A stretch of 64,000 nt of DNA from Cenococcum geophilum (taxonomy: Eukaryota). A model generated the notes under the pieces. That model was not told the DNA's origin. It ran no database searches and worked only from the letters and a program-made list of their open reading frames with translations. The stretch's first letter is position 1. Every line of letters starts with the position of its first letter. The stretch lies in the NCBI GenBank assembly GCA_050273025.1, contig CP158635.1, positions 6,386,001 to 6,450,000 of the forward strand, written 5' to 3'. The position numbers and the translations under genes are program-made. Below, one piece after another: positions 24,261 through 38,970 of the stretch.

Positions 24261-27200
24261 TGTAACGGAACCTTGTAGTAAGAACTACGGTGGGCTCGTT
24301 ATTGGGCTAGGTGTGTAGGAAATGTAAGTATAAAAGTTAATAACATAATAACAACTAGTGGAGTGGTTGCCTAACAGATTAACTCCAATTATATTCTAAG
24401 AATTATTATAAGAAAGGAACTATCTAGGTAGGGACTAAGGGTCCTTAAATACATAACCATACTCCTATGAAATCCTTCTTATACGTAATGTACGTCTTAT
24501 ATATAAGGTACGTGAGTTCCTTTTATTCCTCTTGTTTAATATATAGCATATTATATAACCTTAGTTACCATTCCTCGTCATATAGTTCTATTAGCTCTAT
24601 CCTAAACCGTGCCTAAATTAACTAACTAGCTTCTTTCGTCTCTTCTCTAAGTAGTCGTAATATTATACTTAAAGCGTCCATAACACTATCTTCCTCCTCT
24701 TTATCTTCGTCCTTAAAGATTTAAAACATCTCTAAGTCGTTTACTAGAGGTGTAATATCTATCTAATTAATTTGGTTAATATTATTACTTATTATACCTA
24801 AAGTAATTTCTTTTTTATACGCCTAACGTTGTGCTCGTACTATTGCTGTAATATTATCTCTTAGTAAGATTATACTGTCTCCGTGTTCTCGTTATTCGAA
24901 AGAGGGGTTAGTTTATATTACGTTGGCGAGCCTATCTTTGTGATAACCGTCCTTTTACTTAAAGTATACTAAAGCGAATATTCGTTTATCCTGTAACATT
25001 CGCTTTACTTCTAATACTAAATATACGCGACCTATTACTCTTAATAGTTGTCTAGTTCCCTAATTAATTTGTCTTAGGGTCTTATATTTAATCTACTGCT
25101 ACGCGGCTAGATGGTAAACTATTATAAGCCCTTACTAAGTTAGAATGTTCCTGTAACACGGAATAGAAGGCTCTAGATGCTCGAATTGCGGTATCTGCTT
25201 ATTTGCTTTATCTTAAGAAGGTTTATAAAAGGGTTCATTTTAAGGAGTAGAAACTTGTGGAATAGGGTCTATAGGAACTAGGTAATAAAAGAACGGATTC
25301 TCTTCTAATAGAGAAGGAAATAGATCTAAGTAGTTTAGCAACTGCTCTTTTTAGGTCCCCCTTAGGTGACTTATTCTTTAGCGATCCTTCTTTATTAATA
25401 CTGCCTAACCTAATTTCTTCTAATACTCCTATACCTTTCCTATAGCATTCTTTAAATTCTCTAGTAGCTCCTAGGTAGTCTTAGTGTAGCCTATCCACTT
25501 AACCTTATACTATATCTTATTATTAATGTCCTTATAATTAACAATCTTTAATACTTACTATTTATCTTCTTCTTATCCTCTATATGTGTCTGCTTTATAG
25601 ACCGGTGGCTTAATATTCCTATATACTGGCTTTAGCATTATAATGTGCTGTATAGGGTAGATCTTTATTTTAGCTGGTAGGTTTAACTTAAATATAACTA
25701 GTGAAATCCTCTGTATAATTTTAAAAGGTCTTAGTTTAATATGGTCTAATTTCTTACTTAGTTATCGACTCTTAAAATTTTTATGTAGTAACTATACTTT
25801 ATCTCCCTCCTTAAGATCTGGTCCCTTAGATCTCTTAGCATTATAGTACTTTTTTATTCTCTCTTATACTTTCTTTACTAATTCTATAAGGTTTATATAA
25901 AGATTTATTAATATCTTTATTCTCTCTTTAGCTGTACTACTCGTTTTTTTTGCTTGCTATAGTAATAACAATATTCTTAGCTTATATCCGTAATTTGCCT
26001 TAAATAGTAATATACCTATTCCTTCTTAAGGTATTATATTATATATAAATTATATAACTGGTAATAGCGATACCTAATTATTTTGTGTATAATTAATATA
26101 ATACCTTAGATACTGCTCTAGCGTCTAATTTAATTTTTCCGTTTAACCATCTGTCTGTAGATAATATGCGGTAGAAGTTACTACTCGAACTCCTTACTCC
26201 GCTAAGAACACTTTCTAAAATGCTGCTATAAATCTTAGATCTCTATTCGATATGATTTTGCTTAGTACTCTATATCTTATAAACACTTCTTTAACGTAAA
26301 TTCTAGCGATATCTTCTGCTGAGATTTCTTCTGTATATGCTATAAAGTATCCCTACTTTATAAGCTTATCTACTATTACTAAGATTACATTATAATCTTG
26401 TCCGGTAATAGGGTCTTTTAATTTTAGCAACTTAATAATAAAGTCCCATAATATAACCTTCTATGGTCTCTCTAGTATTTTAATAGGTTGTAGCCCTTTA
26501 TATAGCTTATGCCTTGTTGGTTTATTCTTTTAGTAATCTAAATATTCCTTTATAACTTTTCTAGCCATCCTTTAGATTCCGTCAATGATGTACTCCTCCT
26601 AAAATCTTAACACTAAGCCCGTAGCTCTATTGTGTCCTTAGGTTAGTCCCTTATAGAAGTCTTTTACAAATTGCTCTACTATGCTTTTTAGGATATACTT
26701 TACTTCTTAATTTTCGTATATATCTATCTATAGATCTTCTAGCTATACTTCTAGAATTCTTTATACCTAAAAGCTTTTTAGTGTCTTATAGACTTTCTCT
26801 AGTTTATTATTTTCTTAAGTTGTTATAATTTTTAGATAATTATACCTAATTAATCCGTCTATATCTTTTTGTAATAAAGCCCCTAATGGCTTTTCCTTAT
26901 TTTGTAGTTTAGCTTTACGGCTTAGAGCATCTGCCTATATATTATCTGTACCTTTAGTATACTAAATCTCGAAATAGTATTCTATAAGCATCTCTGCCCA
27001 TCTAACCTATCTTTAGTTAAGTTCCTTCGTTATTAGGAATTCTATTAGGTTCTTATAATCCGTTTTAACTATAAATAGTTTCTCTATACCTTATAAGAAT
27101 GCTCTCTATTTCTTTAATACTATAACTATACCTAATAACTCCTTGTTATAGATGTTATAGTTTAACTCTAGTAGTATTATTTTCCGACTATAGTATGCTA

Positions 27201-30200
27201 CTAGGTGCTATCTATTTTAATGCCTTTATATAAAGCACGCCCCTAGTATATAGTCTAATATATCTATTTCTATAACCGTCTCTAGTCCTAGTTAATAGAT
27301 CTTAAGAACTGGCTCCTAGGTGAATAACTCTTTGATTTTTTTAAAGAGTTCTCTTTGCTCTTCTCCCTATGCCTATAGTTCTTCTTTCTTTATTAACCGC
27401 GTAAATGGCTTAATATCCTTTAACTACTACGCTATAAACCTTCTATAGTAATTGTAAAACCCTAGGAATAATCTTAACTATATAACGTTCTCTAGTTCCT
27501 GCCAATTTACTATAGCCTCGATCTTCTTTAGATCTATACTAAGTTGGCCTAGTTTAATGATAAATCTAACGAAATTGGTCTTCCTGGTGAAGAACTCGCA
27601 TTTTTTAATTGCTATTAGTATCTGTTCTTCTTATAGTCTCTTTAAAACCTATTTAACGTGTTCCCTATATTCTTCCTTAGTTATTAAGTAGATAATGATA
27701 TTATTAAGATATACTATAATAAATTTATCTAAGTATTCTCCTAATACATTGTTAATACGCTTCTAGAACGTTGCTAATGCGTTTATAAGCCTAAATTATA
27801 TAACTAATGGTTTGTATAGTCCTTCCTTTAACCTAAAGACTGCCTTTTATTTATTACCTTCCTTAATCCTAATCTAATAGTACGCCTACCTTAGATCTAT
27901 TTTTGTGAAGATTTGCGTATTACCTATCCTGTCTTAGATTTCGCTAATTAAGGGTAAAGGATACCTATTCTTTCTGGTAATGCTGTTTAACTATCTATAG
28001 TTAATATATAGCCTTAGTTTGCTATTCTTCTTTAGTATAAATAGTACTGAATAACCCGTTAATAACTGCAATGGTCTAATGTATCCCTTTTATAGATTTT
28101 CCTAAATAAACTCTTTTAACGCTCTACCCTTTTCTTTAGTAAGCTTGTAGATTGGAAAGAACTTTAGACTTGTTTTTAGTTTTAACTCTATCTTATAGTC
28201 CTATGCTATATATTCTAATAGCTTCTTACTTTTTAGTGACTATAGTTTCCTACTATACTTATGGTATCTCTTTAGTATATAACTTAGTCCTTTTTCTATT
28301 TCTTTATAGGTTGCTCCTACTTAGTACTATACTAACTTGGCTTATTATTATATCTTACGGCGTTAAGTATCTTTAATATTAACCTAACCTGTAATCTAAT
28401 TAATTCTTAGATTGTATTCCTATAACTAAGGCATACCTAATACTGCCTCGTCCCGTCTTAATGGTAGGATATTAAAAGATATCTTAATTTGTCTTCCTTT
28501 AATAATTATCTAAATAGGTCCTGTTTTAAGATTGATAATCCCTCCTCTATAGGTTATTAGGTCTCCTGAAATTGTAACTAATAAATAAGATTACTCCTTT
28601 TATTTGTGAGGTAGCCCTATTCTCTTAACTACTACTAATAAGATATGGTTTTATATTGCTCTACTATCTATTAGCACTTTAAACTGCTAATCTTACCAAT
28701 TAATCTATAAATTTAGATATTGTCCTTGAATTCCTTTAAGGGTCTGAGGCTCTACTACTAGCTCCCTTTGGTTCTATAGGCCTTTACTTTTTTTTAACTA
28801 TTAGCTACTTAATTCTAGTATACTTAGCTCGCTCTTTAGCCAATACCTAGTTCGCTTTTTATCTTTAATATGCTATAGATATATGTTTTTTAGGTATTCC
28901 TACTACTGTTGTCTATCTAAGCATTCTTCTATAAGGAATCTTTCTGGTTAAAGTGCTAAACTTCCTTTTTTTTGGATTTCTATTAGATGCTATCTATGCA
29001 TATATTTGGTATTCCTGTACTATTGCTTATTTGTTATCTAGTATATCCTTATAGGGTATTTCCAATTCTTTTTTTTAGATTTTTATGTATTTTGTATATG
29101 TTGTCTATATACGCAATTTATAATAACGTGTAGTGTACTAGGTACTTTAGGTTAACTCTTAGCTCGTTTTTGTCCTTAAGTTTAAACCTTTATTATGCTA
29201 ATCTAAATGTTATAACTTTATTCGTAGGTACTAAGATACGTCTCTCGCTTCTTTAGTCCTCTAATTGTTTTTCTAGATCCTTTAACATTATAATTAAGGC
29301 TCCTTTAATATGCGTTATGGCCTTCTCTATAATTAGGTGGTCCTAGATAACCTTTTTATCTAACCATATATAGAAATCTTCCTACTTATTATTGCGTCGT
29401 TGCCTATACTACTTTTGGTATAGCTACTGGAGTGTATACGGCCTGTCCGTAAGGAAATATCTCTTTATTACTATATTGTGACAGCCTTTAGTATATCATT
29501 CCTTAAACCTAGTAGAAATCCCTAGATCCTCTTCTTGTTCTAGTTTAGTAAGCCACTTAGCTCTTAGTATGCTTACTTTCGGCCTATTGGTAATTCTTTA
29601 TACTAGTGCTCTGTCCTTTATACGTCCTAATGTGCTAGATCTCTTATCTAGTTTCTGTTCTTACTATGCGATAATTCTTTGCCTGAACTCTTTTATGGTT
29701 TTTTTTGGTTTGTGCCTTGCGCTCTAATTCTTAAAGTTATCTTGCTTCTTAATCCTGGTATTAACTTTTTAATCTTTAGTTTGAATACTTTGTTTAACTG
29801 GTAAATCTTTTAGGTTTATATATTTGTCTCCTAATCTGATTGCTATTTGTGCCGCAGATTCTCTGATCTATAAAGAAGCTCCTTGCCTTTTGTTTATGGG
29901 TGTCCTAATTTGTACTCCGAATTCTTAACCCCTTAGGTTCTTTAATCCCGAGCTTGCTTCTGACTTAAGCTTAGCTCTAGCCTTAGTTTAACTAGGCTTA
30001 CTTAGTGTTCTTATCTCGTCTTAAGAGTCTTAAATCTTACTTATCTCGTCTTGAGAATCTTGTGCCTGTGGGAACTTCTGTCTTGAGCTTATTTGTATGT
30101 TTTTAAACTGAGCTGCTGCTCTGCTTTATTGGTTATCGTCTATTGTAGGTTTTTAAGCTTGCCTTATCTTGTTTTAAGAATCTTGGTTATCTCTTATCTC

Positions 30201-32211
30201 GCTGTAAGAATCTTAAGCCTTTGGCCTTTTGCCTTTATTAAGTGCCGAAGTGGTTTACTGTTCTACTTCTCTTATATCTTGCGAAGCGATAGATATTGTG
30301 TCTAGTGGGGTTTTAATCCTAACTAATGTTCTTTATTCTGTAATAGAATTATCCTCTACCTCTAGTATAATATCTCTAAGGTCTACTTGCTTCTAGTAAG
30401 CGGCCCTTATTGCCTTATTGTTACGGAATGTTTTATTTAGGTTAAATTTATTATCTTTAATGTCCGATTTGTGAACTAGTTCGTTAGTTCCTCTATATCC
30501 TATAGGTGCTGGCTTTTATAGCTAATAGCTTGCGCCGTACTTGGCGTCCTTATGAATTTAGTATGCGTTATTATAATAAAACGTAAAACTTCTAATTAAA
30601 TACTCTTTTGTTCTTCGCAGTATATTATTATCCCTTTATATGTGTATATTATCTACTAATCTTATGCCTTTTACTACGTGGTGACTCTACCTACTTCTAT
30701 AGTCTCTAACGTAATAACCCTATTTTTTATAATTTATATAAGCTCCTTTTTTAAACCATTTTTCTTATTATAGGGTCTGCCTGAATGTCTTCTACTGTTA
30801 AGATCCCTGATTTAGCCTCTACTCCTTAGACCTTTAATTACTTAATCCTTGTCCTTTAGGTTTTTATAGTTTGCTCTATTTCTTATAGGCTTCTTTAGTA
30901 CTACTTAGGTCTATTGGCTCTACGCCGTACTATAGTTTCTGACTTAGCTTTTATTGTTGCGTACTTTGCGCCTTATACAACTATAGAACTCTATCCTGGC
31001 CTCTCTTAGCCTATTCCCTTTGGTAGATCTAATTATTAATCTTAATCGCCTAATCTATTAGATTCTTTAGGGTGTCCGTATCTTCTATTAGGATAATTAC
31101 GTCCTAGACTTTAGCCTTAAGTCCCTATTTATACTGTGCCATAAGCGCCCTATTATTTTACTCTACTTGTGTTGCTAGTGTCTGGAACTATGTTGTATAC
31201 TTAATTGCTAAAGTTTATTGTATAAGGTTCTGGAGTTTTCTTTCCGCTATAGTTGTTTCTTCTAGGTCTCTAAATATCTGCGTTAGTTGTTTTATAAATC
31301 CTTCCTAACTTAAGAATATAAATCGCATGTCTTAGTTAGTGGTTATTATTCCGTTCGCCTATATCTCTATAAGGTAAGGTTTAAACTACTTAAGTGCTTT
31401 TCCTGATAAGAATAGTCCTGTATAGGCTATCCGATCCACAGGTATAGGTAACTTTACTCCCTCCTATAAGACCTTAAAGTGTATCTGTATAAGGAATCCT
31501 TTAAGCTTTAACCTCTCTCCTATAAATCTCTTAATTAATAGTAGCTTGATTTTTACTGCTCCTATCCTATTAAGTCTTTTTTCTAATACTGTATTGTTAG
31601 CTGTTAGCTAGTTAACTATTTCCTATAGCTATCCAACCGTTACAGGTTGCTGTAAGTTAGTATCCGCCATACTAGTGTCACCTCCTGTCCTTAAAGTAGT
31701 TGCTGCTGTTAATGGCGTTATGGTGGCTGCTTTTAGTGGCATATTGTTCAACTTCTTATATTAATACTATAACTAGGTAGTGATTGTGTAACAGAACCTT
31801 GTAGTAAGAACTACGGTAGGCTTATTATTGGGCTAGGTGTATAGGAAATGTAAGTATAAAAGTTAATAACGTAATAATAACTGGTGGAGTGGTTGCCCAA
31901 TAGATTAACTTTAATTATATTCTGAGAATTACTATAAGGAAGGAACTATCTAGGTAGGGACTAAGGGTCCTTAAATACACAACCGTACTCCTATAAAATC
32001 CTTCTTGTATATAATGTACGTCTTATATATAAGGTACGTAAGTTCCTCTCGTTCCTCTTGTTCAATACGTAGCATATTATGTGACCTTAGTTACCATTCC
32101 TCATCACATAGTTCTATTGGCTCTATCCTAAACCGTGCCTAAATTAACCAACTAGCTTCTTCCGTCTCTTCTCTAAGTAGTTGTAATATTGTACTTAAAG
32201 CGTCCGTAACA
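24261..32211 (-). mobile_element. Ty3/gypsy chromovirus, family A copy A3 (innermost, uninterrupted, 7,951 bp; inserted in the A2 gag)
   Basis: LTRs at 24,261-24,685 and 31,787-32,211; TSD CAGTA at 24,256-24,260 and 32,212-32,216. gag ATG at 31,742, protease ~28,670, RT ~27,700, integrase ~26,000-26,650, chromodomain ~25,450-25,580. The A2 gag frame (GAV|KVKL) resumes after it. Confidence 0.96.
24794..25477 (+). pseudogene. Antisense accessory gene of A3 (Cys6 cluster + coiled coil, one intron)
   Basis: Homologous to 21,811-22,484, with the same 55-nt intron-like segment at 25,022-25,076. Confidence 0.7.
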
Positions 32212-35200
32212 CAGTAAAGGTTAAGTTACTATTAATTAAAAGATTCTTAGGAGAGAAATTAAAGCTTAAAGGATTCCTTATATAAATGCACTTTAAGGTC
32301 GCGCAAGAGGGAGTAAAGCTAGCAATATCTATAGATTAAATAGCGTATATAGGATTGTTCTTAATAGGAAGAGCACTTAAATAGTTTAAGCCTTACCTTA
32401 TAGAAATCTAGGCAAATGGAATAATAACTATAAACCAAGAGGTACGGTTTATATTCTTAAGCTAGAATAAATTCGTAGAGCAACTTATATAAATGTTTAG
32501 AGACCCAAAGGTAGTAACTACGGCAGAAAGAAAACTCTAAGATATTACGCAACGAACTTTAGCAATTAAGTACATAACGTAGTTCTAGACGTTAGCGACG
32601 TAAATAAAGTAAAATAATAGGGCGCTTATAGCACAGTATAAACAGGGACTTAAGGCTAAAGTCTAGGACGTAATTATCCTAATAAAAGATGCGGATACTC
32701 TAAGGGAACTAATAAATTAAGTAATTAAGATTAACAATTGGATCTACTAAAGGGAACAGGCTAAGAGAGGCTAGGATAGAGTTCTATAGTTATATAAGGC
32801 GCAGAGTACGCAACAACTAAAGCTAAGTTAAAAACTATAGTATAGCGCGGAGCCAATAGACCTAAGTAGTACTAAAAAAGCCTATAAGAGATGGAGCAAA
32901 CGACTATGGAAACCCAGAGGATAAGGATTAAGTAATTAGAGGTCTAGGGAGCAGAGGCTAAACTAGGGATCTTAATAGTAGAAGACGTTTAGGCGAACTC
33001 TATAATAAGAAAAATAGTTTAAAAAGGAAGCTTATATAAATTGCGGAAAATAAGGTTACTATATTAAAGACTATAAAAGTGGGCAGAGTTACTACGTAGT
33101 AAAAGGGATAAGACTAGTAGACGACATATACGTATAGAGGGACGATAATATACTACAAGGAACAAAAGAATGTTTAATTAGAAGTTTTGTGTTTTATTAT
33201 AATAACGCATGCCGAATTTATAAGGACGCTAAGTATAGTGTAAGCTATTAGCTATAGGAGCTATATTTAGCAGAATATAAAGGAACTAATAAACTAGCTC
33301 GCAGATTGGATATTAAGGACAATAAATTTAATATAGGTGAAGTATTTCGTGATAATAAGGTAATAAAGGCGGTTTACTAGGAACGCGTAGCCATTAGAGA
33401 TGTTATACTAGAGGTAGAGGATAATTCCACTATAGAATAGGGAACATTAGTAGGGATTAAGACCCCACTAGATATGATGTCTATCGCTTTATAAGACGCA
33501 AGAGAAGTAGGACAGTAAGCCACTTTGGCACTTAATAAAGGTAAAAGGCTAAAAGCTTAAGACTCTTATAACGAGATATGAGATAACTAAGATTCTTAAG
33601 ACAAGATAAGGCAAGCTTAAGGACCTATAATAGATAATAACCAATGGAGCAGAGTAATAGCTTAGTTTAGTAACATATAAATAAGCTTAGGACGAAGTTT
33701 CCTAAAGATATAAGACTCTTAAGACGAGATAAGAACACTAAGTAAGCCTAGTTAGACTAAGGCTAGAGCTAAGCTTAAGATAGAAGTAAGCTTAGGATTA
33801 AAGAATTTAAGGGGTTAAGAATTTGGAGTATAAATAAGGACACCTACAAGTAAGAGGTAAGGGGCTTCTTTATAGATTAGAGAATCTGTAATATAAATAG
33901 TAGTTAGACTAGGAGACAGATATATAGACCTAGAGGACTTACTAGGGGAACACAGTATTCGGCCTAAAGATTAAAATGTTAATACCAAGATTAAGAAGTA
34001 AGAAGACTTTAAGGATTAATCTATAAGACGTAAACTAAAAGAAACTATAGAAGAGTTTAGGTAAAGAATCATTGCATAGTAAGAACAGAAACTAGATAAG
34101 AGATCTAGTATATTAGGATATATAAGGGATAGAGCGCTAGTACAAAGAATTACTAATAGGCCTAGGGTAGGCATACTAAGAGCTAAGTGGCTTACCAAAC
34201 TAGAAAACGAAGAGGATTTAGGAATTCCTACTAGGTTTAAAGAATAATATATAAAGGGCTGTTACAACGTAGTAATAAGAAAATACTTCCTTACGGATAA
34301 GCTGTATATACTCTAACAGCTGTACTAAAAGTGGTATAGATAGCGATACAATAACGAGTGGGAAGATTTCTATATATAGTTGGATAAAAAAGTTATTTAG
34401 GACTACCCGATTATAGAGAAGGCCATAAGTTATATTAAAGGAGCCTTAATTATAATATTAAAGAATCTAGAGAAATAATTAGAGGACTAGAGAAGCGAGA
34501 GACATATCTTAGTACCTGTAAATAAAGTTATAACGTTTAGATTAGTATAATAAAGGTTTAAACTTAAAGGTAAAGACGAGCTAAGAGTTAACCTAAAGCA
34601 CCTGGCATATTATACGCTATTATAGATTATATACGTAGACGATATATATAAGATATATAAGAATCCAAAAGAAAAGAATTGGAAATACCCTATAAGGATA
34701 TACTAGATAATAGATAAGTAATAATATAGGAATGCTAAATATATATATGGATAGCATCTAGCAAAAGTCTAAAAGGAAGGGAATTTAATACTTTACCCAG
34801 GAAGATTTCTTATAGAAGAATACTTAAATAGATAATAGTAGTAGGAATGCCTAGAAAATACATATCTATAGCATATTAAAGATAAAAAGCGAACTAGGTA
34901 TTGGCTAAAGAATAAGCTAAGTGTATAAGGATTAAGTAGCTAATAGTTAAGAAAAGTAGAGGCCTACGGGACTAGAGGGAGCTAGTAGTAGAGCCTTAGA
35001 CCCTTAAAGGAATTTAAGGATAATACCTAAATTTACGAGTTAAATGGCAAGATTAGCAGTTTAAAGCGCTAATAGATAGTAGAGTAACGTGGAACTATAT
35101 CTTACTAGCAGCAGTTAAGAGAATAGGGCTACCTTATAGATAGAAGGAGTAATCTTACCTATTAATTACGATTTTAGGAGATCTAATAACCTATAGAGGA

Positions 35201-38200
35201 GGGATTATTAATCTTAAAATAGGACCTATTTAAATAATTATTAAAGGAAGATAAATTAAGATATCTTTTAATATCCTACTATTAGGACGGGATAAGGCAG
35301 TATTAGGGATACCTTAGTTATAGGAATATAATCTAAAGATTAATTAGATTATAGGTTAGGTTAATATTAAGAATACTTAACGCCGTAAGATATAATAATA
35401 AGCTAAGTTAGTATAGTACTAAGTTAGAGTAATATACGAAGAGACTAAGTAAGGCTTAAGTTATATACTAAAGAAATACTATAAGTATAGTAAGAAACTA
35501 TAGTTACTAGAAAGTAAAAAGCTATTAGATTATATAGTATAGGACTATAAGATAGAATTAGAACTAAGAATAAGTTTAAAGTTTTTTCTAATCTATAAGC
35601 TTACTAAAGAAGAAGGTAGAGCACTAAAAGAGTTTATTTAGAAGAACTTATAAAAGGGATATATTAGACTATCATAGTTATTAGTGGGTTATCCAGTACT
35701 ATTTATACTAAAGAAGAATGGTAAACTAAGGCTGTATATTAACTATAGATAGTTAAACAGCATTACTAGAAAGGATAGGTATCCTTTACCCTTAATTAGC
35801 GAAATCTAAAACCGGATAGGTAACGCGTAAATCTTTATAAAGATAGATCTAAAATAGGCGTACTATTAGATTAGGATTAAGGAAGGCAATAAATAAAAAG
35901 CAGCCTTTAGGTTAAAGGAAGGACTATATAAACTATTAGTTATATAATTTAGGCTTATAAATGTACTAGTAATATTCTAGAAGCGTATTAATAATATATT
36001 AGGAGAATACTTAGATGAATTTATTATAGTATATCTTAATAATATTATTATCTACTTAATAACTAAGGAAGAATATAGGGAATATATTAAATGGGTTTTA
36101 AAGAGACTATAAGAGGAATAGATGCTAGTAGCAATTAAAAAATGCGAGTTCTTTATAAGAAAGACTAATTTTATTAAATTTATTATTAAACTAGGCTAAC
36201 TTAGTATAGATCTAAAGAAGATTAAGGCTATAGTGAATTAATAAGAACTAGAGAATATAATATAGTTAAGGTTATTTCTAGGGTTTTATAATTACTGTAG
36301 AAGGTTTATAGCGTAATAGTTAAAGGATATTAAGCTATTTACGCGGTTAATAACGAAAGAAGAACTATGGGCATAGAGAGAGAAATAGTAGAAATTATTT
36401 AAAGAAATTAAGAGATTGTTTACCTAGGAGCCAGTTCTTAAGATCTATTAACTAGGACTAGAGACGGTTATAGAAATAGATATATTAGACTATATACTAG
36501 GGGCGTACTTTATATAGAAATATTAAGATAGATAGCGTCTAGTGGCATATTATAGTTAGAAGATAATACTACTAGAGTTAAACTATAGCATCTATAATAA
36601 GGAGTTATTAGGTATAGTTATAGTACTTAAAAAATAAAAAGCATTCTTATAAGGCATAGAGAAACTATTTATAGTTAAGATAGATTATAAGAACCTAATA
36701 GGATTTCTAATAATAAAGAAACTTAACTAAAGATAGGTTAGATAGGCAGAGATGCTTATAGAATACTATTTTAAGATTTAGTATACTAAGGGTATAAATA
36801 ATATGCGAGTAGACGCTCTAAGTTAAAAAGCTAAACTATAAAATAATGAAAAGTTATTAGGGGCTTTACTACGAAAAGACATAGATGGATTAATTAGGTA
36901 TAACTATCCAAAAATTGTAGCAACTTAAGAAGGTAATAAACTAGAGAAAGTTTACAAGATACTAAAAAGCTTTTAGGTATAGAGAATTCTAAAAGCATAG
37001 CTAAAAGATCTATAGACGGATATATACGAAAATTGAGAAGTAAAGTATATCCTAAGAAGTATAGCAGAGTAGTTTATAGAGGACTTCTATAAGGGACTAA
37101 CTTAAGGATATAATGGGGCTACGGGCTTAGTGTTAAGACTCTAGGAGGAGTATATTATTAATAGAATTTAGGGCTTAGCGCGAAAAGTTATAAAGGAATA
37201 TTTAAATTGCTAAAGGAATAAACTAATAAGGTATAAGCTATATGGAGGGCTATAACCTATTAAAATACTAGAGAGACCATAGGAGGTTATATTATAGGAC
37301 TTTATTATTAAGTTACTAAAGTTAAGAGATCCTATTACCAGATAAGATTATAATGTAATCTTAGTAATAGTAAATAAGCTTATAAAGTGGGGATACTTTA
37401 TAGCATATATAGAAGAAATTTTAGCGGAAGATGTTGCTAGAATTTATATTAAAGAAGTGTTTGCAAGATATAGAGCACTAAGTAAAATTATATTGGATAG
37501 AGATCTAAGATTTATAGCAGTATTCTGGGAGGTATTTTTGGCGGAATAAGGAGTTTAAGTAGTAACTTTTACCGTATATTATTTATAGACAGACGGTTAA
37601 ACGAAAAGATTAAATTAGACGCTAGAATAGTATTTAAGGCATTATATTAATTATGCATAGAATAATTAGGTATTGCTATTACTAGTTATATAGTTTATAT
37701 ATAATATAATACCTTAAGAAGAAACAGGCATATTACTATTTAAGGCAAATTATAGATATAAGCTAAGAATATCGTTGTTACTATAGTAAGTAAAGAAAAT
37801 AAGTAGTATAGCTAAAGAAAGAATAAAGACGTTAATAAATCTTTATATAGACCTTATAGAATTAATAAAGAAATAATAAAAGAGAATAAAAAGGTACTAT
37901 AATACTAGGAGATCTAAGGGACTAGATCTTAAGGAGGGAGATAAAGTATAGCTACTATATAAAAATCTTAAGAGTTAACGACTAAGTAAGAAGTTAGACT
38001 ACGTTAGACTAGGACCTTTTAAAATTACGTAAAGGATTTCACCAGTTATATTTAAATTAAACCTACTAGCTAAAATAAAGATCTACCCTATATAGTATAT
38101 TGTAATACTAGAGCTAGTATATAGGAATATTAAGCCACTAGTCTACAAAGCAGACATGTATAGAGGATAAGAAGAAAATAAATAGTAAGTTTTAAAGATT

Positions 38201-38259
38201 ATTAGTTATAAGGACATTAATAATAAAATATAGTACGAGGTTAAGTAAATAGGCTATAC

Positions 38260-38970
38260 TAAGACTACCTAGGAACTACTAGAAAATTTAAAGAACGCTA
38301 TAAGAAAGGTATAGGAGTATTGGAAGAAATTAGGTTAGGCAGTATTAATAAAAAAGGATTACTAAAGAATAAGTTACCTAAGGGGGACCTAAGAAGAGCA
38401 GTTGCCGAACTACTTAGATCTATTTCCTTCTCTATTAGAAGAGAATCCGTTCTCTTATTACCAAGTTCCTATAAACCTTATTCTATAAGTTTCTACTCCT
38501 TAAAACGGACCTTTTTACGAACCTTCTTAAGATAGATTAACCAAGCGAATACCACAAGACGAGATTTAAGGGCCCGTTGTTAAGCATTGGCAGCCTCTTA
38601 TTTAGTATTACGGAAATAGCGCAACTCCGCCAAAGTAACAGACAGTTTATTATCTAGCTACGTAGCAGTAGATTAAATATAAAACCCTAAAACAAATTAA
38701 TTAGGGAACTAGACGGCTATTAAAAGTAATAGGTTGCGTATATTTAGTATTAGAAGTAGAGCGAACGTTATAGGACGAATAAATATTTACTTTAGTGCAC
38801 TTTAAGTAAGAGAACGGTTGTCGCGAAGATAGACTTACTAACGTAATATAAACTAATTTCTTTTTTAAATAACGAGAATATGGAGACGGTATAATCTTAC
38901 TAAGAGATAATATTATAGCAATAGTGTGAGCACGACGTTGGGCATATAAGAAAGAAATTACTTTAGGCAT
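38260..38970 (-). pseudogene. Antisense accessory gene of A2 (Cys6 cluster + coiled coil, one intron)
   Basis: Its exon 1 forms the 5' part of track ORF 38701..38970 (MPKVISFLYAQRRAHTIAIILSLSKIIPSPYSRY..), which retains the ATG. Exon 2 is 7 codons longer than in A3. Confidence 0.7.
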
